64,000 bases of DNA from Patescibacteria group bacterium (GTDB taxonomy: Bacteria > Patescibacteriota > Microgenomatia > Levybacterales > UBA12049). Positions 1-9,224 of this stretch are shown here, in pieces; positions within the stretch are counted from its first letter, which is position 1; every line of letters starts with the position of its first letter. Both the position numbers and the translations under genes were made by a program. Under the pieces are notes generated by a model that was given only the letters and a program-made list of their open reading frames with translations, was not told the DNA's origin and ran no database searches. The stretch covers positions 269,356 through 333,355 of the forward strand of contig JBBTTO010000002.1 of assembly GCA_038064195.1 (NCBI GenBank). Reading direction: 5' to 3'.

Positions 1-2
1 TG

Positions 3-428
3 TTTACTCTCCCTGAGAAAAGCAAGCGGCCACTGGTTTTTTTAGCAGGCGGAATCGGGATTACGCCTTTTCATAGTATGCTTGTCTCCGCAGCTGCATC
101 AAATATAAAGCTACCCATCACACTTTTTGTTTCATTCAGTTCCCCAAGTGATGTTATATTTCATGACGAACTCATGAGGGTGTCACAAAACAATTCCCAT
201 ATTAAAGTTGTTTATACCATCACTCACCAAGAGTCTGCTGAGACTTCATGGAACGGGGAGACAGGAAGAATTAATGCTGAGCTTCTCAAAAAATACATAC
301 CTGATGTTTCAGCAGTTGAGTATTACGTCTGCGGACCATCAGTGATGGTCTCATCGATGCTTGATATGCTCCATGATATGAAAATCCCTTTTCAGCAAAT
401 ACGGGAGGAACAATTTACTGGATACTAG
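3..428 (+). CDS. Ferredoxin-NADP reductase-like (FAD/NAD-binding) oxidoreductase, C-terminal part (5' truncated by window edge)
   Basis: Frame is open from base 3 and reads LVFLAGGIGITPFHSM...YYVCGPSVMV...IREEQF, the NAD-binding GGxGITP and CGP motifs of the FNR family. Confidence 0.85.
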   Translation, partial: FTLPEKSKRPLVFLAGGIGITPFHSMLVSAAASNIKLPITLFVSFSSPSDVIFHDELMRVSQNNSHIKVVYTITHQESAETSWNGETGRINAELLKKYIPDVSAVEYYVCGPSVMVSSMLDMLHDMKIPFQQIREEQFTGY

Positions 429-1468
429 TTGTCACCAAGGAGGGTAGGTTGTTTGCTGTCGTCCTCGATCTTTTCCTCCAGTGTACGGGTGGAGGAGAGT
501 TTGTTCCCGATATGGTTAAAGCCGGTTGAGACATTGGCAAATTGGCTACTTGCATTGCCGATATGTTTGCCTAGGACTCCCATACTGTCATTTACCTTGT
601 CATATTCAAGTTGAATAGCGCGGAGTAACCTGAAAACTTCTTTAGAGCGGGACTCGATTTTTTTACCTTCAAAGGAGAGAAGAATTGTTTGGAGATGTAC
701 GTAGAGTGTGCTGGGTGAGACCATGTAGACACGGCTCCGTCTGGCATACTCAAGCATGTCAGTCATATTACACAGTTCGTAGAAAACTGACTCGCTGGGA
801 ATATACATCAGCGCAAAATCCATCGTTCCCTCATCAGGCAGGATATATTTTCGAGCGATTGTATCAATATGTTTTTTGACGTCCCTGGAGAATTCTTTTT
901 GAAACTCACTTTTTTCTTTTGGATCTTCAGATTTAACCATTTTTTGATAATTTTCCATCGGGAATTTGGAGTCAATGGGGAGAATACCGGCATCGGTTTG
1001 GATTGCGGCATCGACTTTTTCTCCGGATTTGAATTGGTACTGCAGATGAAAACTGTTTTTGGGGAAAAGTTGAGCAATCAGATCCTTGAGAATTTCCTCT
1101 CCGATATTGCCGCGCATTTTAGGGCTTTTGAGAAAATCCTGCAGTTCCTTCATGCTTCGTCCTATCTCACTCATTTGGCCGACTTCTTTCCCGACCCCTG
1201 CGATCACCTGTGCTGCCTTGTCCAAACGATCATTTAGCTGTTTGGAGTTTTCTTGTAACGTACGGACCATGTGGTCAGTATTTGAGGATAAAGCGGTATT
1301 GAGAGTTTTATTAGTCGACTCAAGTGACGTCTGCATGCTTTTCAGCCATTCAAGCATAGTAGCGTCAGATGAAGTTTTTTGCAGATTGCTTAATTTTCGG
1401 TTGAGGATAAAAATGATTACCCCGAACCCAACAAGCAGGAGAAAAAGGATAGGCAGTAGGTCTTGCAT
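425..1468 (-). CDS. rmuC: DNA recombination protein RmuC family
   Basis: N-terminal TM helix and coiled coil, followed by RGNIGE, PIDSKFP, KYILPDEGTMDFALMYIPSE and VSPSTL motifs. Confidence 0.9.
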   Translation of the reverse strand: MQDLLPILFLLLVGFGVIIFILNRKLSNLQKTSSDATMLEWLKSMQTSLESTNKTLNTALSSNTDHMVRTLQENSKQLNDRLDKAAQVIAGVGKEVGQMSEIGRSMKELQDFLKSPKMRGNIGEEILKDLIAQLFPKNSFHLQYQFKSGEKVDAAIQTDAGILPIDSKFPMENYQKMVKSEDPKEKSEFQKEFSRDVKKHIDTIARKYILPDEGTMDFALMYIPSESVFYELCNMTDMLEYARRSRVYMVSPSTLYVHLQTILLSFEGKKIESRSKEVFRLLRAIQLEYDKVNDSMGVLGKHIGNASSQFANVSTGFNHIGNKLSSTRTLEEKIEDDSKQPTLLGDN

Positions 1469-1509
1469 ACGTGGTCACCTATTGTAGCATATGTCTGCAA
1501 ATATGTTTT

Positions 1510-1604
1510 AGGGTTTAGGTATGGCAACCGGTAAAGATGTAGTTCTAGGTTTGGGGTAATTTCCCTATTACAAAACCTTATAACCAAACTGGCGGCTATA
1601 CCCA
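1510..1604 (+). repeat. ~95-nt imperfect hairpin element, copy 1 (copy 2 at 59720..59808, - strand)
   Basis: Manual alignment gives 29/35 identity (1510-1544 vs revcomp 59774-59808) and 15/17 identity (1588-1604 vs revcomp 59720-59736). Confidence 0.75.
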
Positions 1605-1620
1605 CAACTTATGATTTGAT

Positions 1621-2688
1621 CTAGTAATACAGCTCGGGATCGGCATCGACGTCTTTCCACGAAAGAGCCGGCTTGGCAAAAAAGGCAGCTGATGCAATCA
1701 TTGCTCCGTTGTCTGTGCATAAATCTTTTCGGGGAACGAAAAGATTAGTCGGAAGTCGAAGGTCGGAAGTCGCCTCTTTAAGGGTGGTTTGGAGTTTGGC
1801 ATTAGCGGCAACTCCTCCACCGAGGAGTATTGATTTAACGTTATATTTGCCAGCTGCTTTTACTGTTTTGCGGACAAGAACATCCACTATTGCCTGTTCA
1901 ACACTCGCACAAAGATTAGCAAGGAGTTGTTCATTTTTTATTTTAAAATGTTGGTCAGCAAAGTCCCATTTGTTTTGTTTGACTAAGTTAAGAGTTGCAG
2001 TTTTCAGACCGCTAAAACTAAAATCGAAATCATCACTCCCGATCATAGGTCGGGGTAAAACAAACTTTTTAGGATTACCTTTTATTGCCAAGCGGGAAAT
2101 CGTTGATCCTGCAGGGTAAGGGAGACCTAAAAGTCGTCCAATTTTATCAAAAGCCTCCCCAGCTGCATCATCACGTGTCCCTCCCAGTACTTGAATATCG
2201 CTATGTGAATTCATAAGGAGTAGGTCAGTATGATTGCCGGAGACTATGAGTACAATTGCTGGAAAAGGAATAGTCGAAGGTCGAAAGTCTGAGGTCGTAA
2301 TCCAGTTGGCATAGAGATGTCCATACATATGATTGATAGGGATAAGCGGCTTATTCCATAACAGCGCGAGAGTTTTGGCTGTTTCAACTCCGACCAAAAG
2401 TGATCCGATCAAGCCCGGGCCGTACGTGACAGCAATAGCATCGATGTCAGGTGTTTGCTTAGACGCTATATCAAAATCCAGACCAGTCTTTAGTGCTTCT
2501 GTGAGTGTCGGGAGTATGAATTTTACCTGCTCACGGGCAGCGACTTCAGGAATAATACCGCCAGTTGTCGCATGAAGAGATAAGGATGAGGCGACTATGC
2601 TTGAGGATATTTGGATTGTGCCTTTTGCATTATCCAAAAGAGCGACTCCTGTCTCGTCACAGGAGGTCTCAATGCCTAAGATTTTCAT
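1621..2688 (-). CDS. tsaD: tRNA N6-adenosine threonylcarbamoyltransferase TsaD
   Basis: MKILGIETSCDETG, GPGLIGSL, NHMYGH, TRDDAAGEAFDK, FSFSGLKT and CTDNGAMIA motifs. Confidence 0.97.
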   Translation of the reverse strand: MKILGIETSCDETGVALLDNAKGTIQISSSIVASSLSLHATTGGIIPEVAAREQVKFILPTLTEALKTGLDFDIASKQTPDIDAIAVTYGPGLIGSLLVGVETAKTLALLWNKPLIPINHMYGHLYANWITTSDFRPSTIPFPAIVLIVSGNHTDLLLMNSHSDIQVLGGTRDDAAGEAFDKIGRLLGLPYPAGSTISRLAIKGNPKKFVLPRPMIGSDDFDFSFSGLKTATLNLVKQNKWDFADQHFKIKNEQLLANLCASVEQAIVDVLVRKTVKAAGKYNVKSILLGGGVAANAKLQTTLKEATSDLRLPTNLFVPRKDLCTDNGAMIASAAFFAKPALSWKDVDADPELYY

Positions 2689-3149
2689 AGAGATACTTTA
2701 ACAGTATCACCTTGGTGGAGGTTATAGGTATCGGCTGCTCCTGCTTTCAGCTCAATGACTTTATCTGCCGGGGCGGTGGGTTGATAATAAATATTCGGGA
2801 TCTCGGTAGTTGTTGCAGGTGCGGGAACATTTTTAAAAATAGTTACAATTTTGTCGTTATTTAAGAAAATAATATCTATTGGAAATTTCATCCCTTTCAT
2901 CCAAAATGACGGGATACCGGGTTCGTCAAAAAGAAAAAGCATTCCCTGCTTATCATTTAAAGAATTTCGTCCTGATAAACCTGTCTCTCTCTTTTGCTCG
3001 TTATCAGCCACATCGAGGGTAACAACCGTTTTATTGAAGGTGACTTTTGCTTTCTTGCCCAAAATACTATTACCATTCGCTCCGAAGAGAATGAGTGCTC
3101 CCAGAGCGATGATAATGAGTGCTACAAAACCGAGAATAAGTTTGTTCAT
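2685..3149 (-). CDS. DUF192 family membrane-anchored protein
   Basis: GLSGR...GMLFLF...FWMKGMKFPIDIIF...VIELKAG pattern with an N-terminal TM helix. Confidence 0.85.
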   Translation of the reverse strand: MNKLILGFVALIIIALGALILFGANGNSILGKKAKVTFNKTVVTLDVADNEQKRETGLSGRNSLNDKQGMLFLFDEPGIPSFWMKGMKFPIDIIFLNNDKIVTIFKNVPAPATTTEIPNIYYQPTAPADKVIELKAGAADTYNLHQGDTVKVSL

Positions 3150-3613
3150 AATGTATTAATTAGCTGTGTCGTTGAGTGGTTGGGCAGGCGGTCGATTACC
3201 TCAACAACCTGTGCCCCGATTTTTTTTGCCTGTCGTATCTTATGGTGAATGGACGGATCACCTTTTGTAGTTGCGATTATAGCAGGTTTGATTGAAGTTA
3301 CAAGCTGATCGTAGTCGTTGTCTTCAAAAGGGAATGGGAGAAGAATGACAAGTCCTGTTGGTGTTGATGATAAAAGGTTCTGTGCTCGCGTGAGTTGCGT
3401 ATTGACGGGGCGTTTTGGACCTTTGCGTTTTGACACTGCCTCATCTGACTCCAGAAGTACTACCAGAGAATCACCTTGTCCCTCAGCAGCTTTGAGAAAG
3501 CTACGATGTCCCGGATGCAGTACATCAAAGCATCCGCCAACAAGGACGATGGTTTTGTCTTCTAATTCTTTTTTAATTTGAGAGACTTGGTCGCTTTGAA
3601 TGATCTTTTTCAC
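3146..3613 (-). CDS. Cytidylyltransferase-like nucleotidyltransferase (RfaE domain II / TagD-like)
   Basis: GGCFDVLHPGH (HxGH), KGPKRP and HSTT motifs; GTG start. Confidence 0.85.
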   Translation of the reverse strand: MKKIIQSDQVSQIKKELEDKTIVLVGGCFDVLHPGHRSFLKAAEGQGDSLVVLLESDEAVSKRKGPKRPVNTQLTRAQNLLSSTPTGLVILLPFPFEDNDYDQLVTSIKPAIIATTKGDPSIHHKIRQAKKIGAQVVEVIDRLPNHSTTQLINTL

Positions 3614-3676
3614 AATTTTTAATTATCAGTTTTCAATTTTCAATGAAAATTCAAAATTTTAAATTGAAAATTATAC

Positions 3677-5110
3677 TTATTCTTGTTTGGTTCCCCGCAG
3701 GAAAACTGCTTGCCATGGCTGGTAATGAGATGAGTATTTATCCGAAATAATTTCTTTGCCGTCTCTTATAACACGATAAGTAAAATAGACATTGGCTCCC
3801 GGTGCAGCGAAATCTATTTGTTTGATCTGCCCGAGAGGCAAAGTTGGGTCGTCCTGATACAGCGGCTCTGGAGCGGGTGATTGTGATAAAATTACCGGTT
3901 TTGAAATCGTGGCAACTCTTCCATCCGATGTCCCGTATAGTTCAAAAGTTAATTGTTCACTGGCTTCGTCAACACTTGACTGGATCAGAATATAGTGACC
4001 AGTATCATTTTTGAATTTCAAGTCGACAGTTGGGACATAGACGGCTGCGTCAATCCCCGGGCCTAAATCTTCCTCGTAGTAATGAACCCGATAAGCATGC
4101 GGGTGTCTCTCAATAATAGGCAGACCCGCGTTGAGAATAGCCCTGAATAAGGTTGTGGAGACTTGGCAGACACCACCTCCGTCACCAAGTACTGTATGCC
4201 CGCCTTGGATAACGTATGCTTGCTTATAGCCTGTCAGTGAAGAAACATCACCGACCGCTTTATCAAAAGAAAAGACCTCATCAGGTTTGATAAGGATACC
4301 GTTGAGGCGGGAAGCGGCGAGGTGGATGTTAAAAATTCTATTGATAATTGAACCGTGATAGAGGGATGTTCCGATACCGATTCGCTCATTGATACCATAC
4401 CCGTTAACGGCTTTATCCACAGCGGGTTTGAGTGTGCGTACGGGGACGGTAACAAGGATTGTTGCCTGGTTACTGGCTAAAAGCTTAGGAGCTCCTTTTT
4501 CCCGGATATATAATGTTAATTGTTGTATATCTACCTGTTTGCCGTCCTTGGCGGTGCGAAATTCGGTAACTCTGCCGTTTGCGTAGGTAAATCGCGCGTC
4601 CACGGGTGCTACGTCAATTGCGGTCTGAAATTTCCTCATTATGCCTGCCAATTTTATGTCAGAGTAACGATATGCAGGAGATAGAGTAACGCCGTGGAGA
4701 TATGATTCAAAACTGAGATAACTATCTGAGAAGAAGTTGTTACTTCTGCCGATACTATATGCTTGTGACGCGAGCAGGTCAGCGTCAAATCCCAGGTCGA
4801 TTTGCCTGGCTGAGACTGTGGCAATAAGTTTACTAGACGTGAACTGAACATTTTTCTGCTGGATGATACGATTTTGACCAGCGAAATAATCCCTGACGGC
4901 GTCTTTAGTCTTACCGCCGAAATCGATACCTGTGATAGTTACTCCGGGATAGACTTTGTCTTTGTATGTTTCTTTATAGTAAATATAGACAAAGCTACTG
5001 AAAAAGAATAAGCCTATAGCCGCTCCCAGGAAAAACCAAAGAAGCGTCTTGAAAAAAGAAGCAAAATTAAATTTATTGATGAAAGACCTCAGGGATGATA
5101 ATAATTTCAT
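3677..5110 (-). CDS. VanW family protein (TM, putative PG-binding region, VanW domain, G5-like C-terminus)
   Basis: GGGVCQVSTTLFRA, ERHPH, GIDAAVY and DLKFKNDT motifs. Confidence 0.9.
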   Translation of the reverse strand: MKLLSSLRSFINKFNFASFFKTLLWFFLGAAIGLFFFSSFVYIYYKETYKDKVYPGVTITGIDFGGKTKDAVRDYFAGQNRIIQQKNVQFTSSKLIATVSARQIDLGFDADLLASQAYSIGRSNNFFSDSYLSFESYLHGVTLSPAYRYSDIKLAGIMRKFQTAIDVAPVDARFTYANGRVTEFRTAKDGKQVDIQQLTLYIREKGAPKLLASNQATILVTVPVRTLKPAVDKAVNGYGINERIGIGTSLYHGSIINRIFNIHLAASRLNGILIKPDEVFSFDKAVGDVSSLTGYKQAYVIQGGHTVLGDGGGVCQVSTTLFRAILNAGLPIIERHPHAYRVHYYEEDLGPGIDAAVYVPTVDLKFKNDTGHYILIQSSVDEASEQLTFELYGTSDGRVATISKPVILSQSPAPEPLYQDDPTLPLGQIKQIDFAAPGANVYFTYRVIRDGKEIISDKYSSHYQPWQAVFLRGTKQE

Positions 5111-5165
5111 TGAGTAGAATTGCTATGCAGCTTCTAATCATATTATACTATACTTGCCTATTTCT

Positions 5166-6653
5166 ATGGACGAAAAAGTTATTTATTCAAGCAAACCAGC
5201 CCAAGCTAGGCCTGAAGCGGCACAACCAACCAATCCTGCTCCGGTCACCCCGCCCTTGTCAGTTCCTCCCTTGCCTCCTTCTTCAGCCTCACCGATAGCT
5301 CCTGCGCCGCCGGTATCACCCGGAACCGAGTTACTGCCTAAGCCGCCTAAAGGGTCTCCCTTAGGCGGTATTCTTAAAATCGGTGGTATTGGAGTGGTTT
5401 TTCTTCTTTTGATTTTCTTAGTGATTCGCTTTGTGGTACCTCTTTTTCATAAGGGACAGACAGAAGAGCTGGTTACTTTGACCTACTGGGGATTATTTGA
5501 AGACAAGAATGTGATGAGTACGATTGTTAATGATTTTCATCGGGAACACCCGTTGATTACGATAAATTATGTCCAAAAAGACATCAAGCAATACAGGCAA
5601 AGCCTGGTTACTCAAATTAATGCCGGCAGCGGTCCGGATATCTATCGCTTTCATAATTCATGGGTGGGGATGATGAAATCTTTCCTATCACCTATGACCT
5701 CAGACGTTATCTCCTCTGAGGAATTTAAGAAAAATTATTATCCCGTGATCCAACAGGATCTCATACGAAACGGAGCTCTTTACGGAATCCCTCTTGAGAT
5801 CGATACGCTCTCACTTTTTGTTAATACAGAACTGTTTGAAGCAGGAGGCAATGCCGTGCCGACTACCTGGGACGAATTTATCCGTGTCGCTAAAGACCGT
5901 GTTGTGAAAGACGGAGACGGAAAAATTCAGACAGCGGGGGCAGCATTAGGCACCTATGACAATATTACTCATGCTGCCGATATCGTTGCTTTACTCATGG
6001 CGCAAAACGGCACGAATTTCAGTAATTTTAGTTCTACCCTCGATAATACCAGTCAAACTCTTCAGTTCTATACTGCTTTTGCGAAAGATGAGGGTAGTGT
6101 TTGGGATAGTACACTTGATCCCTCAATTGTCGCTTTCTCAAAAGGCAACTTAGCGATGTATTTTGGTTACTCGTGGGACATTTTTGCGATTAAAGCCCTC
6201 AATCCTGACCTTAAATTCAGCATTCATCCGGTTCCTAATCTGCCTTCCCGCAAAACGGCAATGGCAAGTTATTGGGTAGAGGGAGTATCAAGTAAAAGCA
6301 AACATCAAAAGGAAGCCATGCTTTTCATGCAATACTTAACTAAGAAAGAAACTCTGCAGAAGCTTTATAGTGAAACAGCCAAAACCAGGCTTTTTGGTGA
6401 GCCGTATCCAAGAGCTGATTTGGCAGGTACTGTCAAAAATAATCCTCTTGTCGCGCCTTTTTTGGAGCAAGCTCCTTACGCAGTGTCTTCATATTTTGTA
6501 AGCGATACCTATGATGACGGAGTTAACTCGCAGATGGATGCGTATCTGGGAAATGCCGTAAGATCAACTCAGGGTAGTGATAGTTCTGTCAAGACAGCCG
6601 TTGATACTCTTGCCCAGGGTGTCAATCAGGTACTCGGAAAATATGGGCAGTAA
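5166..6653 (+). CDS. Membrane-anchored extracellular solute-binding protein (sugar-binding SBP family 1)
   Basis: Pro-rich N-terminus, TM helix, then LTYWGL, GPDI, LYGIPL, LFVNTELF and PTTWDE motifs. Start moved to the ATG (MDEK) downstream of a TATACT box; the ORF track starts at 5154. Confidence 0.85.
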   Translation: MDEKVIYSSKPAQARPEAAQPTNPAPVTPPLSVPPLPPSSASPIAPAPPVSPGTELLPKPPKGSPLGGILKIGGIGVVFLLLIFLVIRFVVPLFHKGQTEELVTLTYWGLFEDKNVMSTIVNDFHREHPLITINYVQKDIKQYRQSLVTQINAGSGPDIYRFHNSWVGMMKSFLSPMTSDVISSEEFKKNYYPVIQQDLIRNGALYGIPLEIDTLSLFVNTELFEAGGNAVPTTWDEFIRVAKDRVVKDGDGKIQTAGAALGTYDNITHAADIVALLMAQNGTNFSNFSSTLDNTSQTLQFYTAFAKDEGSVWDSTLDPSIVAFSKGNLAMYFGYSWDIFAIKALNPDLKFSIHPVPNLPSRKTAMASYWVEGVSSKSKHQKEAMLFMQYLTKKETLQKLYSETAKTRLFGEPYPRADLAGTVKNNPLVAPFLEQAPYAVSSYFVSDTYDDGVNSQMDAYLGNAVRSTQGSDSSVKTAVDTLAQGVNQVLGKYGQ

Positions 6654-7518
6654 ACAAGAAGCAATTTTCAGAACTCTCCTCTATAGTGACCTCTTTAACT
6701 GTCCTTTACGTGAAGACGAGCTTTTTTATTATTTAAATACTAAGGAGAAAGTATTGCAAAAAGATATTAGTAAAATTGCCCTCCAAACACCAGGTGTCTA
6801 TAAATGGGAAAGCTGGTATTCGTTGAGGAGAAGTCATCAGGACATTCGAAAACGCCAAGAGAGGATGAGAATATCCCAAGCGAAAATTGCCCTCGCCCAA
6901 AGACTTATCAGGTGGATAACATGGATTCCTTCCCTGTTATTTGTCGGTATAAGCGGAAGTGTCGCAGCCGGGAACGCTCAGCTTAATGATGATATCGATT
7001 TTTTTGTTATTACCCAGAAAGGAAGTTTGTATACTACCCGTTTGTTATTGTTGCTTTTGCTTCAGATTCTTAGAAAGCGACGCAAGCCTCATGAGCAGGA
7101 GGCTAGGAACAAGATTTGCCTCAACATGCTTATTGATGAATCTTCTTTAGCCATACCTGAGAGTAAGCGTACTGTATATACTGCCAGAGAAATAGGTCAG
7201 CTTATGCCTTTATTTGAGCGCCGGGGAACCTATCAGCGCTTTCTGAAGGCCAATGCCTGGGCTAAATCATTTCTTCCTCATATTGGGCGTAAAGGAGATT
7301 GGATATCTTCCAAGGGTAAAGTTTCTCAGAGAAAGACCTTTTTCACTCTTGTGGAGCCACTTACGCGATTTATCGAAATTCGTTATATGAAGAAGCGTCA
7401 GACAGTCGAGCAGGTAAATACTCACTCCATTGCATTTCACCTTAATGATACTGCTGTACGAATTTTACGTCGATATGAGGCGAGACTAAAAACTCTTGAA
7501 TTAACTATGTCAAGGTAG
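6643..7518 (+). CDS. Putative Pol-beta-superfamily nucleotidyltransferase-domain protein
   Basis: GISGSVAAGNAQLNDDIDFFVI fits the GS-x(9-13)-DxD signature. ATG at 6643 overlaps the upstream stop. Confidence 0.65.
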   Translation: MGSKQEAIFRTLLYSDLFNCPLREDELFYYLNTKEKVLQKDISKIALQTPGVYKWESWYSLRRSHQDIRKRQERMRISQAKIALAQRLIRWITWIPSLLFVGISGSVAAGNAQLNDDIDFFVITQKGSLYTTRLLLLLLLQILRKRRKPHEQEARNKICLNMLIDESSLAIPESKRTVYTAREIGQLMPLFERRGTYQRFLKANAWAKSFLPHIGRKGDWISSKGKVSQRKTFFTLVEPLTRFIEIRYMKKRQTVEQVNTHSIAFHLNDTAVRILRRYEARLKTLELTMSR

Positions 7519-7572
7519 CTGACGGAATGCATAAGACTAGGCAATCTGACTACAGGATCTAGTATCACCAGG

Positions 7573-7601
7573 TTGACAAATGTCGTTGTATTCTCTATAC
7601 T
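7573..7601 (+). promoter_or_regulatory. Sigma70-type promoter for greA
   Basis: TTGACA (7573-78), 17-nt spacer, TATACT (7596-7601). Confidence 0.8.
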
Positions 7602-7629
7602 TTTTCTGAATTACTCGATAGAGTAGATC

Positions 7630-7666
7630 TCTCCAGATATGTATCAATACATGGAGATTTTTTTTT
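7630..7666 (+). terminator. Terminator-like hairpin with T9 tract inside the greA leader
   Basis: TCTCCA/TGGAGA outer stem and TGTA/TACA inner stem, then 9 T, lying between the promoter and the ATG. Confidence 0.5.
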
Positions 7667-7677
7667 AGAGAACAATT

Positions 7678-8151
7678 ATGGACAGTAAAAAAATTTATCT
7701 TACAAAAAGCGGCCTTGAAGACCTTAAAAAAGAGCATGAAGAATTGACTAAGGTCAAAAGGCCTGAGGTAGTTTCACGCGTATCCGACGCGCGCAACCAG
7801 GGTGATCTGTCGGAGAACGCGGAGTATGTGGCGGCACGTGAGGAGCTATCATTTATTGACGGCAGAATTGATGAGCTCGAAGAGCTGTTAAAACAGGTCT
7901 CACTTATTGAAGAAGGTGCGGGTACTAGGGGGGGGTATTTGGTCGAACTTGGTTCCAAAGTAACGTTGAAAATTGATGGTAAAGAAGAAGTCTATCGGGT
8001 TGTAGGGGAATGGGAAGCAGATCCGGCAGAAAAGAAAATCTCGCATGAATCTCCTTTAGGGAAAGCACTTTTGGGGAAGAAAATCGGCGAGAGTGTTGAG
8101 GTGGAAGCTCCGGCCGGTAAAATCAACTATACCATTGTCTCCCTTAACTAA
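7678..8151 (+). CDS. greA: Transcription elongation factor GreA
   Basis: ARNQGDLSENAEY and ISHESPLGKALLG motifs. Confidence 0.97.
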   Translation: MDSKKIYLTKSGLEDLKKEHEELTKVKRPEVVSRVSDARNQGDLSENAEYVAAREELSFIDGRIDELEELLKQVSLIEEGAGTRGGYLVELGSKVTLKIDGKEEVYRVVGEWEADPAEKKISHESPLGKALLGKKIGESVEVEAPAGKINYTIVSLN

Positions 8152-8177
8152 TAGGCGTACAATAACGCTTATCATCC

Positions 8178-9137
8178 ATGATTGTCTTAGAAAACTCCCC
8201 TCTGTCCGAGATTACTTACTACCGCATCGGAGGAATTGCTGATTATATTCTCAAAATCGAATCTCTAGAGGAAGTTAAGGAAGCCCTTATCTTTTGTAGA
8301 CAAAAAAATATTACCAGGCCACTTGTTCTTGGCCTTGGGTCAAATGTTATTCTTCCGGATTCTCACGTTAAGGGAGCTATTCTTTGGCTGGAGGGGAATG
8401 GGTCGTCTTTTACTATTAAGGATACTTCTATAAAAGCTTTTGCAGGGGAGAGTATGGACTCACTTATCAAAGAGAGTCTGAGTGCATCACTTGTCGGTCT
8501 GGAATGGGCGGGAGGGCTTCCAAGCACTATCGGCGGAGCAGTACGCGGAAATGCCGGAGCGTTCGGACATGAAACGAAGGATACGTTTTTTGAGGCAGAA
8601 GTGATTGATATGGACGATCCTGCCTACGCGATAAAAACATTTGCTCACCAAGAGGCTCAATTTGGCTATAGGAATTCATTTTTCAAACAACATCCCAATC
8701 TTATTATTGTCTCGGTAACGTTTCAGCTAAAGATTGGAACGCTGCAAGAAATTGCAGAAGCAGAGGCGGTCTATAAGAAGAACATTAATTATCGTCAAAC
8801 ACACCACCCTATGGAGTATCCGTCATGCGGCTCTGTCTTTAAAAATATTGTTAAACCTGAGGAAGTAGAAAAGATCCTGAATGTCTGGCCGGATATCAGA
8901 GAATTATCGGAGAAGAAATGGCATAACAAAATCTCAATGGGGTATGTTATTAATCGTCTTGGCTTTAGTAATAAAAGAGTAGGCGGGGCTCAGGTTTCGA
9001 GCAAACATGCTAACTACATAAGCAACGTCGATCATGCAAAGGGTGAGGATGTAAAAGTTTTAATTAAAGAAATTCAGGCTACATTCAATGAAATATTCGG
9101 ATTTGTTCCTGAGCCGGAGGTAGTGGTAACTGCTTGA
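8178..9137 (+). CDS. murB: UDP-N-acetylenolpyruvoylglucosamine reductase
   Basis: RIGGIA, GLGSNV, GGAVRGNAGAFG, FGYRNS, SCGSVFKN, KHANY and PEPEV motifs. Confidence 0.95.
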   Translation: MIVLENSPLSEITYYRIGGIADYILKIESLEEVKEALIFCRQKNITRPLVLGLGSNVILPDSHVKGAILWLEGNGSSFTIKDTSIKAFAGESMDSLIKESLSASLVGLEWAGGLPSTIGGAVRGNAGAFGHETKDTFFEAEVIDMDDPAYAIKTFAHQEAQFGYRNSFFKQHPNLIIVSVTFQLKIGTLQEIAEAEAVYKKNINYRQTHHPMEYPSCGSVFKNIVKPEEVEKILNVWPDIRELSEKKWHNKISMGYVINRLGFSNKRVGGAQVSSKHANYISNVDHAKGEDVKVLIKEIQATFNEIFGFVPEPEVVVTA

Positions 9138-9162
9138 CAACTTTTTATAAGTCAGCAATAAT
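9134..9162 (+). promoter_or_regulatory. Sigma70-type promoter upstream of the lysS leader
   Basis: TTGACA (9134-39), 17-nt spacer, AATAAT (9157-62). Confidence 0.65.
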
Positions 9163-9176
9163 ACAAATCATAATTT

Positions 9177-9224
9177 ATGAAAACGAATTCTTTATCAATT
9201 GTTAGTAAGAAGGACAACTCGTAA
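9177..9224 (+). CDS. Putative lysS leader peptide MKTNSLSIVSKKDNS (15 aa)
   Basis: ATG at 9177 to TAA at 9224. Tandem AAG AAG Lys codons (9207-9212) overlap the 5' arm of the first attenuator hairpin. Confidence 0.65.
   Translation: MKTNSLSIVSKKDNS

Noticed and set aside
1510-1604. Integron attC, tRNA or known riboswitch reading of the hairpin element
   Set aside because: No RYYYAAC/GTTRRRY ends, no integrase, no cloverleaf or T-loop, and no recognisable aptamer consensus.
3677-5110. Vancomycin resistance cluster
   Set aside because: A lone VanW-domain gene with no vanHAX or vanRS; such proteins are widespread.
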